A stretch of 64,000 bases of DNA from Armatimonadota bacterium (GTDB lineage: Bacteria > Armatimonadota > SYMT01), in assembly GCA_041690135.1 (NCBI GenBank), contig JAWLHY010000003.1, forward strand, positions 352,001-416,000, in the 5' to 3' direction. This document shows positions 10,574 to 19,688 of this stretch, piece after piece. The position numbers and the translations under genes were made by a program. The notes beneath the pieces were generated by a model. The model worked only from the letters and a program-made list of their open reading frames with translations. It was not told where the DNA came from and ran no database searches. Within the stretch, counting starts at the first letter, position 1. Every line of letters starts with the position of its first letter.

Positions 10574-11659
10574 TCAGGTCAGGTGAAGTTCACTATCGTC
10601 GCCAAGCAGGAGTCGAAGGGCGGCGGGGCGGGTGTCGCCGCGGACGATCTTCACGCTGCGGCCGATCAGGCTGTCTTCGATGCGCTGGCCCGGAGAGTCG
10701 ATGCAGCTCCGGTCGAGAATAATACTGTGTTCCACTTCGGCGCAGTTGATGCGGACCCCATCGCTGATACTGGTATACGGGCCGACAAACGTATCCACCA
10801 GCCGGCACCCCGCGCCAATCACGGCGGGGCCGCGCACGTTGCTGCGGATCAGCTCGGTACCCGGTCCGATCTGCACCCGGCCTGTTACCCGGCTCTCGGC
10901 ATCCACGCTGCCTTCGTTCCGCGCCTGGATCTCGTCGAGCACCACCCGGTTTGCCTCCAGCATGTCGTCCTTCTTACCGGTGTCCAGCCACCACCCCTGG
11001 TGCACGTGGCTGCGCACCTGCCGGCCCGTATCGATGAGCCGCTGGATGGCATCCGTGATTTCCAGTTCACCGCGCGCGGACGGCTTGAGCGTCTCGATGA
11101 CCTCGTGAACGGCGGGAGAGAACAGGTACACGCCGACCAGCGCCAGATTACTCTTCGGATTCTGAGGCTTTTCCTCCAGGCTGAGAATCCGGCCGTCCGC
11201 CGCCAGTTCGGCGACCCCGAAGCTGCGCGGGTTCTCCACCGGCTTGAGCAGGATCAGGGCGTCGACGCGCTGCGACTGAAACTCTTCCACCAGCGAGGTC
11301 ACCCCATGCTGGATCAGATTGTCGCCCAGGAACATGATGAACGGGTCCTGACCGAGGAATTCCCTCGCCGTCCATACGGCGTGCGCCAGTCCCAGGGGGT
11401 CCGGCTGGTGGATGTAGGTGATGCGGGCATCGAAACGGGAGCCGTCGCCCAGGGCCGCCATCACCTCCTGGCGGGTGTCGCCGACAATGACGCCGATATC
11501 GGTGACGCCGGCCGCGCGGATCGCCTCGATGGCGTAATGCAGAATCGGCTTATTCGCCACCGGGATGAGTTGCTTGGCGCTGGTATAGGTCAGGGGGCGG
11601 AGGCGCGTGCCTTTCCCGCCGGCGAGGACCAGGGCTTTCATGGGGTGTTCCTCCGCCAT
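10574..11659 (-). CDS. rfbA: Glucose-1-phosphate thymidylyltransferase, long form
   Basis: LAGGKGTRLRPLT, KQLIPVANKP, LGDN, EEKP, SARGELEITD, WWLDTG, C-terminal left-handed beta-helix. Confidence 0.95.
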   Translation of the reverse strand: MAEEHPMKALVLAGGKGTRLRPLTYTSAKQLIPVANKPILHYAIEAIRAAGVTDIGVIVGDTRQEVMAALGDGSRFDARITYIHQPDPLGLAHAVWTAREFLGQDPFIMFLGDNLIQHGVTSLVEEFQSQRVDALILLKPVENPRSFGVAELAADGRILSLEEKPQNPKSNLALVGVYLFSPAVHEVIETLKPSARGELEITDAIQRLIDTGRQVRSHVHQGWWLDTGKKDDMLEANRVVLDEIQARNEGSVDAESRVTGRVQIGPGTELIRSNVRGPAVIGAGCRLVDTFVGPYTSISDGVRINCAEVEHSIILDRSCIDSPGQRIEDSLIGRSVKIVRGDTRPAALRLLLGDDSELHLT

Positions 11660-11661
11660 TG

Positions 11662-12525
11662 TTACAGTTCTCCGTTGTCACGGAGTTCCTGGACGAACCG
11701 GGCGAGACCTTCTTGCCAGGGAGGCAGGTCATCGGCGCCCATCAATTCTAACGCGTATCGCCGCAGCGTGCTCCGCGCCGGCCGCCGCGCCGGGGTCGGC
11801 CACTCCTCGGAGCGGATGGGGGTGATGGGGACTTCCTCCAGGTCCGCCAGCCGCAGGGCCTCCGCCGCCCACGCATGCCGCGCGCATTCCCCGGCGTTGT
11901 TGATGTGGTAAAGACCATCCACCGGTGTCTCGACCAGCCACCGCAGCTTGGCGGCCAGGTGCGGGGTGTAGGTAGGGGTGCCGAACTGGTCGGAGACGAC
12001 TCGGAGGCCCCCTTCGGGGCGTTTCCGCGCCGCATCCAGAATCGCGCGGGGGAAACTCTTACCCTGCCGTCCGTAAAGCCACTGGGTCCGCACCACGCTG
12101 GCACGACAGCCGGCCCGGAAGACGGCGGTTTCACCGGCCAGCTTGGAGGCCCCGTAAACACTGATCGGCGCAGTAGGGTCCCACTCCGTATAGGGACGGT
12201 CCGTCTCCCCGGAAAAGACGAAGTCGGTGCTGACGTGGATCAGCCGGGCGTCCAGGACGGCACAGGCGGCCGCGGCCGCCCAGGCCCCCCAGGCGTTGAC
12301 CCGGTAGGCCCAATCCGGCTCGGATTCGCACCGGTCCACATGGGTGGCCGCGGCGCAATTGATCACCACCTCCGGCCGGATCTCCTCCAGGCGTTGCCGG
12401 AGCCTCGCTCCATCGGTGACATCGGCATCGGTACTGCCCAGGGCCACAACCTCGTGGCCTTCTTCCAGGATCGGGCAGAGATCCCGGCCCAGCATTCCGC
12501 GGGCCCCCAATACGGCGATTCGCAC
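11662..12525 (-). CDS. rfbD: dTDP-4-dehydrorhamnose reductase
   Basis: GARGMLG, NCAA, STDFVF, YGASK, DQFGTPT, RPARS. Confidence 0.95.
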   Translation of the reverse strand: MRIAVLGARGMLGRDLCPILEEGHEVVALGSTDADVTDGARLRQRLEEIRPEVVINCAAATHVDRCESEPDWAYRVNAWGAWAAAAACAVLDARLIHVSTDFVFSGETDRPYTEWDPTAPISVYGASKLAGETAVFRAGCRASVVRTQWLYGRQGKSFPRAILDAARKRPEGGLRVVSDQFGTPTYTPHLAAKLRWLVETPVDGLYHINNAGECARHAWAAEALRLADLEEVPITPIRSEEWPTPARRPARSTLRRYALELMGADDLPPWQEGLARFVQELRDNGEL

Positions 12526-12637
12526 TCCGTGCTTCCCTCCTCGGCACGCCGGCCCCGCGGCCGGCCCCGGTGCTTAGTATGGTGCAAAGGCGACCGTTCT
12601 GCATGCCGGGAGGGCGGAGAGGGGAGGGTGGAGGGTA

Positions 12638-12970
12638 GGAGCGCGGGCGTCCCGCCCGCCAGTGATGGTGGAGGTGTAGGGTAGCGTGGGCGTCTCGCCC
12701 GGCAGAGGAAGTGGAAGCGTAGAGTGGGGCGGGCGTCCCGCCCGCCAAGATGGTGGGGAGTAGGACGCGTGGTCGTTGATCCTACGATGAGCACCCGTGC
12801 CGGAGAACGGATCTGTAGGGGCATCGGCTCTGGTTGCCCTGTCTGATGTGAGATGAGTGCGTGCAAGACCGCAGCCAACCAGGAAACTGGAGCGGGCTAA
12901 CTGCGGGCCCGTGTGCCCTGGGTGGTGATAGGTGGACGGGGAGGGGTGGAGCGCGGGCGTCTCGCCCGCC
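12638..12970. repeat. Cluster of four REP-like palindromes, consensus GCGGGCGTCYCGCCCGCC
   Basis: Copies at 12638-12660, 12681-12703, 12729-12746 and 12948-12970; an inverted copy at 26252-26274. Confidence 0.8.
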
Positions 12971-13094
12971 CAGGGCACGATCAGGATCACAATACGGGTG
13001 ATGAACACAGAAGGGGGAAGGGGGCCGCACTACCCGGCTCCCTTCCCCCTTCTTCCCATCGATCAGACGACTTGCATCCGTTCGATGGCCACCG

Positions 13095-14960
13095 CTACGG
13101 CACTTCGTCCTGGATCTTCGCCGTGATGAAGATCGTGACTTCGGACTTTCGGTTGGTGTTGTTCCGATGGCGGAAGAGCTGCCCGAAGAACGGCAGGTCG
13201 CCGAGAATCGGCACCTTGGTCAGGATCTTCAGTTCCTCTTCCCGAAGAAGACCGCCAATGGCGAACGTTTCGCCGTCCTTCACCCGGATGATCGTTTCCG
13301 CTTCCCGGCTGGTCGTCACCGGAATGTCCCGGTTGCGCCCGGTGAAGTCGGTCACGGCACTCACCACCGGGTGGACGCGCAGGATGATCTCGCCGTTGTC
13401 CGCGATCCGCGGGCGGCAGAGGAGGGCGACCCCGACCGGCACCGTTTCGATGGTGAAGGTCAACACCCCCTGGTCCTGGCTCGCCAGGCGTTCATACCGC
13501 AGGATGTCGCCGATGAAGACGCTGGCCTCCTCACCGTCCACCACGGCGATGTTCGGGCGCGCCAGGGTCTTCGCCTTCCGCTGCTCTTCCATCGCTTCCA
13601 GGGTGATCTGCCAGTTGAACGGCAGGCGGGACCAACCGCCGAACTGATAGGGCTTGCGGCTGTTGCGGCCGGTCTCCGCGAAGCCCAGGTCCGACCATTC
13701 GTAGAGGAAGCCTAACTGCTTGGTCGTCTGGGGGAAGATATCCACCACGCGGGCCTCGATGATCACCTGCTTGGGCGCGATGTCTTGCGACACGAGGACC
13801 TGGGTCGCCTGCTCGATCTCTTCCGAAGTTCCCACCATGATGATGGTGCGCGACCGGGCGCCCGCGTTTCCGCCCGTGGCGCTGGCGCTGGAAGACTGAC
13901 CGTCCGGACCCTGAACCGAAGCGCTGGCGGAGGCCTGCGCCTGTCCGGCCCCGCCCGGCCCGCCCTGGAGGCCTGCCTGGCTAAATGCCTTCTCCGTGTC
14001 GATTGACAGGGGCTGGAACCGCGCGCGGTCCGGCGAGTAGGACTCGAAGCCCGGCTGGATCGTCAGACCGGGGAAGAGACCCTTCAACACGGAAGTCGCG
14101 GTAGCCGGGTTCAAGTACTTGACGTTGTAGGCCCGGACGATCCGCTGCCGCTCGACCTGGGGCACCACGTCCAGCGCTCCCAGGAGCTTGCTGGCGAACT
14201 TCTGCTCGTCATCCGACCCCTCGAGCACGAGAGTCTTTTCCAGAGGGGTGACCCGAAGTCCGGGCACCGCCTTGGCAAGCGACTCCATCAGCATCTCGGA
14301 CTTGACGAACTTGACCTGGTAGGTCTCCTTGACCATCACCGGCTTGGGCGGAGGCGCCACCGGCACCGGAGGCGGGGGCACGTCGGCCTCGGCGATCATC
14401 TTGAGGGCGGCCTGCACGTCATCCCGGGTCCCGGAGAGCACGACGATGTTCGCCTTGCCGGGCGCATCCACGGTAAGGTAGGGATAGGCGGCCGTCAGGA
14501 CTTCCTTCACGTCGGCGGCCGTCACGTGCTTCGGAACCACGGTTTCCTTCACGCCGTTGCGAGCCACCATGGTCTTCAGTTCGGTCGTGCTGCCGAGGAA
14601 GTACGTTTCTTCCAGATTGCGCACGTCGGACCCGACCGCGGCGGCCACCTTACGCAGGGCTTCCTCCAACGGGAGATCGACCAGCCGGACGGTGACCGTT
14701 CCCTTCACGCTGGGCATCAGCACCACGTTGACGCCGCTCTGAATCGAGAGCGCCTTGGCCACGTCGTTGATGTCCGCCTGGACAAAGTCCAGCTTGACTT
14801 TGCGCTCGCCCTGGGCGACTGCCGCTCCCGCCGGTGTGGCGGCTCCGTTCTGGGCCGCCTGGGCCGCCGGAACCACCAGGCCGAGCGCCAACAACTGGGC
14901 GAACGCCAGCGCGGCCGTACTGCGCGAGTATTTCTTCGATAGGCTCGATGATTGGCTCAT
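13095..14960 (-). CDS. Secretin (PilQ/GspD family)
   Basis: Signal peptide, N0 domain (LDFVQADI...VKGTVTV), QVIIEARVV, VKDGETFAIGGL, KVPILGDLPFFGQLF. Confidence 0.95.
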   Translation of the reverse strand: MSQSSSLSKKYSRSTAALAFAQLLALGLVVPAAQAAQNGAATPAGAAVAQGERKVKLDFVQADINDVAKALSIQSGVNVVLMPSVKGTVTVRLVDLPLEEALRKVAAAVGSDVRNLEETYFLGSTTELKTMVARNGVKETVVPKHVTAADVKEVLTAAYPYLTVDAPGKANIVVLSGTRDDVQAALKMIAEADVPPPPVPVAPPPKPVMVKETYQVKFVKSEMLMESLAKAVPGLRVTPLEKTLVLEGSDDEQKFASKLLGALDVVPQVERQRIVRAYNVKYLNPATATSVLKGLFPGLTIQPGFESYSPDRARFQPLSIDTEKAFSQAGLQGGPGGAGQAQASASASVQGPDGQSSSASATGGNAGARSRTIIMVGTSEEIEQATQVLVSQDIAPKQVIIEARVVDIFPQTTKQLGFLYEWSDLGFAETGRNSRKPYQFGGWSRLPFNWQITLEAMEEQRKAKTLARPNIAVVDGEEASVFIGDILRYERLASQDQGVLTFTIETVPVGVALLCRPRIADNGEIILRVHPVVSAVTDFTGRNRDIPVTTSREAETIIRVKDGETFAIGGLLREEELKILTKVPILGDLPFFGQLFRHRNNTNRKSEVTIFITAKIQDEVP

Positions 14961-15733
14961 TGAGAACTGCCTCCTTGAATGGGGACTTCGACCCGCTCCT
15001 CGCCCAGCTTCAACACGGCCGAGCGTTCTTTGATCTCTTCCAAACGCCAGCTATCGGCAACCCGGTCGCCGATCTTGAGGAAATGGGATTGGCCACCGTA
15101 GCGGATCACCGCCAGCGGGGGCTCTCCCTGAATGATTCCGGTCAGCGCCAACTCCTCCACCCGCGGTCCGGCGGGAAGCGGCGCGGGGCTCGGCGTCGGG
15201 TTGACTGCCGGCCTGGGAGCCGCTGCCGGACGACCCACCGGAGTCGCAAAAGTAAACTCCCCGGGGTTTGCCGGCTGAATGGCCACCGGACCCCCGGACG
15301 GCCCAGACCCGACAGCCGCTCCGAGCGTCGGCGTGGATTCCGCCTGGGTAGGTTCAAACGGGTCCGCCGGCGGGGTCACGGTGACGGCACGCAGGCGCAG
15401 CCGCCGCACCGGGGCCACGATTTCGCCCGTTACCGCCGGGAGCGCCTCCGCCAGAGCGGTCGCCTCCGCGGAGGCACCGCTCACCGCCCCTTCCTGCGAG
15501 GCGAGGAGGGGCTCGGAAGCCCAGGGCGCCACGTGGCTCAATGGGGTTTCCCCCGGGAGGGGACCGGCGGGAGCTCCCGTCCGGTTCAGGAGGAACCCCG
15601 AAACCCCGCCCACCAGCATCACTCCTGCTACCAGGATCCCGAAACCGCGCGGCAAGCCGTTAGCCGCCGGTACCGCTGGTCGGGCTTCCGGCGCCGGTTC
15701 GGCCGAAATACCGGCCCGTCTTAATCGGCTCAT
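14957..15733 (-). CDS. PilP/GspC-like protein
   Basis: Single TM, Pro/Ala linker, C-terminal LTGIIQG...KIGDRV...LEEI beta domain; 4 bp overlaps with both neighbours. Confidence 0.65.
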   Translation of the reverse strand: MSRLRRAGISAEPAPEARPAVPAANGLPRGFGILVAGVMLVGGVSGFLLNRTGAPAGPLPGETPLSHVAPWASEPLLASQEGAVSGASAEATALAEALPAVTGEIVAPVRRLRLRAVTVTPPADPFEPTQAESTPTLGAAVGSGPSGGPVAIQPANPGEFTFATPVGRPAAAPRPAVNPTPSPAPLPAGPRVEELALTGIIQGEPPLAVIRYGGQSHFLKIGDRVADSWRLEEIKERSAVLKLGEERVEVPIQGGSSQ

Positions 15734-16503
15734 TTGTCGCTCTCCACAGACACTTCCACCGGAACTTCGAGGGTATTCGTCGCCAGGGGTCCCCTCCCCA
15801 AGGGGGCTTTGGGCTTTTCGGCGGGATCTTCCACGACGAACACCGTGGCCCAGACCTCCGCTCGCACCTGTCGTTGGCCCGCCGCACTGTTGAGCTGGGT
15901 GGCGCCCGATCCCGCAGTGGCCGGTTTGCCCTGGAGGGGCACGAGCGACCATCGGTCCGGAATAAACAGTAACTGCTGCTCGCCAAGGGAAGCGACCGAG
16001 CGGAAGACGCTGTCGAAACTTCCCGTAAGCAGCACGCGCACGCTGCGCGGCCGGATCTCTCCGGCGGCGGCCGGCTGCTCTCCCGACCACTCCGCAGCGT
16101 GGAGAGTCAGGCTGCGCCAGCGGGGGGAAGGCCGGTTGGTCACCTTGACGCCCAGGACCTGCGCCCCCTCCCGCCGGGCGACGGCCTGCACCAGCGTCGG
16201 ATAACCGGCCGCTTCTTCCGGGAGCATCACCCGTCTTCCCTCCTGGTCCCAGGAGCGGAGGCGACCCTGCATGCCGCGTACCACATCAAGCCGCTCGCTC
16301 AGTTCCTTCTCCCGTGACTGCTGGATCTCAAAGGCGGTGCGGGCTCCGTCCATGGCGATCCACTGCGGCCAAACCATCAGAGCGCCGCCCGCCGTGGCAA
16401 AGGTCACGGCCAACGACACGTGGTACAGGGCGCGGGCCCCGCGGGACGGACGCCGCGCTGGTGCGACCGACGGATTTCGATTTCCGGTGAATGCGCTACG
16501 CAC
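15730..16503 (-). CDS. PilO-like protein
   Basis: Single TM, coiled coil, VLLTGSFDSV ferredoxin-like motif, position in operon. Confidence 0.6.
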   Translation of the reverse strand: MRSAFTGNRNPSVAPARRPSRGARALYHVSLAVTFATAGGALMVWPQWIAMDGARTAFEIQQSREKELSERLDVVRGMQGRLRSWDQEGRRVMLPEEAAGYPTLVQAVARREGAQVLGVKVTNRPSPRWRSLTLHAAEWSGEQPAAAGEIRPRSVRVLLTGSFDSVFRSVASLGEQQLLFIPDRWSLVPLQGKPATAGSGATQLNSAAGQRQVRAEVWATVFVVEDPAEKPKAPLGRGPLATNTLEVPVEVSVESDK

Positions 16504-16504
16504 G

Positions 16505-17062
16505 TCAGTCTCCCGTCATCCGGCCGACGACCTGGCGCGCCTGGGTAGGCTGCACCCCGGTCGGGAGGGCGGCGAAATCAACATAGGGCGACTCCCGCAG
16601 GCTCTGGGCATAGGTTGAGACCAGTTGGGGCTGCTGCGCGCTCACCTCTACCCGAAAGCGGGGGCCGTCACCACTCATCCGCACCGCCCACAATCCCCCA
16701 GGACGGCGGCGGCTCATCTCACCGACTACCGTCGCCCAGGGAACGATCGGTCGGGCCTGAACTTCGGCCACATACCGATCGGCGGCTCGCCGGAGCTGGG
16801 TATGGGCGGTACGCCGCGATTCCACAAACTCCAGGGTGGCCTTGATCTGCCGACTGCGGTCGAGAGCATCCTCGCGCTGGCGGTCGTAGGCCTTTGCTTG
16901 CTCGCGAAAACTCAAGGCGACCGGAACGCACACAGCGACCGTCAGGATCAGCATTCCGGCGCTGATTGCGGCGTCCACGGGACCGAAGACCCAGCCGCCC
17001 GTTGCGGCCGGAACCGTCTCCGGTTCACGGGTCGATTCTCGATGGAGTGCCCAACGCTTCAT
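16505..17062 (-). CDS. PilN-like protein
   Basis: GGAGG RBS, TM plus coiled coil, PGGLW...LRESPY motif typical of PilN. Confidence 0.65.
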   Translation of the reverse strand: MKRWALHRESTREPETVPAATGGWVFGPVDAAISAGMLILTVAVCVPVALSFREQAKAYDRQREDALDRSRQIKATLEFVESRRTAHTQLRRAADRYVAEVQARPIVPWATVVGEMSRRRPGGLWAVRMSGDGPRFRVEVSAQQPQLVSTYAQSLRESPYVDFAALPTGVQPTQARQVVGRMTGD

Positions 17063-17676
17063 CCATACCTCCCGGGGGGTTGAGGAAACAACCCCTGGCG
17101 GCCCAAACCTGCAGGCCTCTGGCTCAGGCGGTAATTCTGGCAGCCTTTCCCAAAGGCTGAAGAGCGAGAATCGATGGGGGCGATGGATGGAAGGAAACAG
17201 CGGGGCCGGCAAGCAAAGGAAGGATGCTTGCATCCTTGCTTAATCCTGCTTTTGGATGAAGCCGGCCCGACCATTGTACTAGGGAGTGGGACGGCCCACG
17301 CGCCGAAGTGACCACGAGGTGCGTGGGGTTACTGCCAACGGGATGCCTGCCAGTTAAGCGGTCAACTCTGATTCGGCGGTTGATGCGCCTGGAACCGGAT
17401 GCGCAGCGGACCGTCCACAGGTCGTGCTTTCGGTCTAGATGAAAAGTGCGAATGACTGGCAGTCAAATCTCGTGTATTCTTTCGTAGAATTTATGCGGAT
17501 CGCAGTCTGAGCCCGAGACGACCGGTGACTGCCCTACCTGTGGCCTACCTGGAACCTATCCGTGGCCTCCCGGCCCAGCGGAGGTGAGGATTGGCGATCG
17601 GGTCGGCAGTCCGTGAATCATTGATTCCGGAAGTATCCGGAACATGAAGAGCAGATCGAATCCTAATCCATAAGCC

Positions 17677-18168
17677 ATGGCGTCCCTAAGTTGCCGCAAA
17701 TGCAACCAGTCGGTGGGCAATAACGCGGACTCCTGTCCCGAGTGCGGGTGCAGGCCTCCGTACGCCTGTTCCGTCTGCCGGAAACCGATGAGTGCGTATG
17801 CGCTGAACTTCAAGCGTTGCCAGAAGTATCCCTATGGCGGCTACTCGCCGGATGGGGATCCCGTTTGTTACGACCACCGGGAGGTCCGCTGCTACTCGTG
17901 CGGTGAGTTGTTCTCCCAGCACCTGATGAAGCGACGGGTGGTCGGAATGCGGGAAGACCGTGTGCTGCGACACGGAATGCGGCCGCGAGTCGAAGAGTTC
18001 TTCGGGTCCTTCTGTCCCCAGTGCGACCGAAGAGGCGAACGCAAGAAGGGAAGCTCGGAGGAGGGGGTGGTCAGCGCCAAAAGCACCGCCCTGGTCCTCT
18101 GCGGCATGTTCGTGGCGGGGTTCGCCGCGCTGTTCTGGGTGTTATTGAACCTGATCAAGTCCAGTTAA
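17677..18168 (+). CDS. Multi-zinc-ribbon protein with a C-terminal membrane anchor
   Basis: CRKC, CPEC, CSVC, CYDH, CYSC, CPQC, then a hydrophobic helix. Confidence 0.75.
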   Translation: MASLSCRKCNQSVGNNADSCPECGCRPPYACSVCRKPMSAYALNFKRCQKYPYGGYSPDGDPVCYDHREVRCYSCGELFSQHLMKRRVVGMREDRVLRHGMRPRVEEFFGSFCPQCDRRGERKKGSSEEGVVSAKSTALVLCGMFVAGFAALFWVLLNLIKSS

Positions 18169-18194
18169 CGAGGCGCCCTTCGCTCCCGGCTCGG

Positions 18195-19586
18195 TTAGAG
18201 GAGCTCCTCGATCAAGCTTCCCTCGCCGGCGATCTCCCAGGGTCGTCCCTGCGGGTCCAGGAGGGTCGTTCGGGGCGAGATACCCATCTTGTGGTAAAGG
18301 GTGGCGATCAAGTCCAGGGGCCGCAGCGGACGTTCGTCCGGATAGCCGCCGTCGGGCGTGGTCGAGCCGATGACCTGACCGCCACGCACTCCGGCTCCCG
18401 CCGCTACCACGCTCATGGAGTTTCCCCAGTGGTCCCGGCCCAGGTCGGGACCTTCCACCTTGGGGCTGCGGCCGAATTCTCCCATCCAGAGGACCAGGGT
18501 TTCCGCCAGCAAGCCGCGCTCGTGCATATCGGCGAGGAGAGCGCTGAAGCTGCGGTCCAAGGCGGGACAGAGGTGGTCCTTCATGCGGGCAAGGGCACCC
18601 ACGGGGATCCCCTGCAGGTTTCCATGGGTGTCCCAGTTGCCGGTGGAAACCGCTACCACGGGAACGCCATGTTCAACCAACCGGCGTGCCAGAAGGAACG
18701 CCTGTCCGAATCCGTTGCGCCCATAGCGGTCTTTGAGCTTGTCCGGCTCGCTGCTCAGGTCGAACGCGGCACGGGCGGAGCTGGAAGTGACCAGACCGTA
18801 GGCCCGCTGCTGGAAAATGTCCCACTCGGCGGCCGAGGCTTCCTGATCGGCCAGGCGGGTAGCCGCATCCACCTGCCGGGCAAGCCGGCTGCGGCGCTCC
18901 AGGCGGGAGAGATTCAGTCCGGGAGCCAGCGGGAGGTCGTTGAGCACATAGCCACGCTGGTCATCCCCGGTCATCCGCAGCGGAGAATACGCCGGGCCCA
19001 GGCGTTCCGGCTTGTCGTAGTAGACATAGTTGAACCCGCCGATACCGTAGGTCCCGTAGCTCTTGATGCTGATGTTGGTCGGAAGGCCGTTCGCTTGGCT
19101 TCGCTGGAGTTCCAACTGGCGCGCGATTACCGCGCCGAAGTAGGGGGCCGCCTGGGCCGGATTGCCTTGCAAATCGGTGGGGCCGTAGGCATAGCCCGTC
19201 TGCATCCAGTGGTCGGCCGCGGTATGCCCGTTTTCCTTGTGGTAGAGAGAGCGGATGATGGCGTACTTGTCCGCCAACTTCGCCATCTCGGGCAGCCACT
19301 CGTGAATCTGAATGCCGGCTACACGGGTAGGAATGGCCCGCGAAGGACCCCGGTAAGCTTCGGGTGCGTCCGGCTTCGGGTCGAACGTTTCGAAGTGGCT
19401 CGGGCCTCCGCCCATCCAGAGCAAGAGTACGGACTTGGCACGGGCCGGTAGGGATGCGTCGGCCGCGCGAGCGCGCAGGAGCCCAGGAAGAGTGAGCCCG
19501 CCCACACCCAACGCGCCCACTTTGACGAACTCGCGGCGTGTGAGCCCATCGCAGTAGGAATGCCGTCCGCCCCGTATCTCCAGCAT
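18195..19586 (-). CDS. DUF1501 protein (Tat signal)
   Basis: TRREF Tat motif, GGPSHFETFDPKP, LLARRLVEHGV, WDTH, GEFGRSP, GRDHW. Confidence 0.93.
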   Translation of the reverse strand: MLEIRGGRHSYCDGLTRREFVKVGALGVGGLTLPGLLRARAADASLPARAKSVLLLWMGGGPSHFETFDPKPDAPEAYRGPSRAIPTRVAGIQIHEWLPEMAKLADKYAIIRSLYHKENGHTAADHWMQTGYAYGPTDLQGNPAQAAPYFGAVIARQLELQRSQANGLPTNISIKSYGTYGIGGFNYVYYDKPERLGPAYSPLRMTGDDQRGYVLNDLPLAPGLNLSRLERRSRLARQVDAATRLADQEASAAEWDIFQQRAYGLVTSSSARAAFDLSSEPDKLKDRYGRNGFGQAFLLARRLVEHGVPVVAVSTGNWDTHGNLQGIPVGALARMKDHLCPALDRSFSALLADMHERGLLAETLVLWMGEFGRSPKVEGPDLGRDHWGNSMSVVAAGAGVRGGQVIGSTTPDGGYPDERPLRPLDLIATLYHKMGISPRTTLLDPQGRPWEIAGEGSLIEELL

Positions 19587-19588
19587 AA

Positions 19589-19634
19589 GACCTCCGGTAG
19601 ATCGCAATGACCGGATCGCGATCTACCGGAGGTC
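19589..19634 (-). promoter_or_regulatory. Perfect 17-bp hairpin containing the RBS of the DUF1501 gene
   Basis: gacctccggtagatcgc (19589-19605) and gcgatctaccggaggtc (19618-19634). Confidence 0.6.
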
Positions 19635-19688
19635 CGACACGGATTCCGGCTCCAGGTTACAACGGGAAGCGCTATCCCTCGAAAGGGA

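Noticed and set aside
8836-11911. Long + strand ORFs (571 aa, 521 aa) and similar antisense ORFs, e.g. 24092-25645 and 50945-52405
   Set aside because: Shadow frames opposite well-supported genes, as expected in high-GC DNA; no recognisable motifs.
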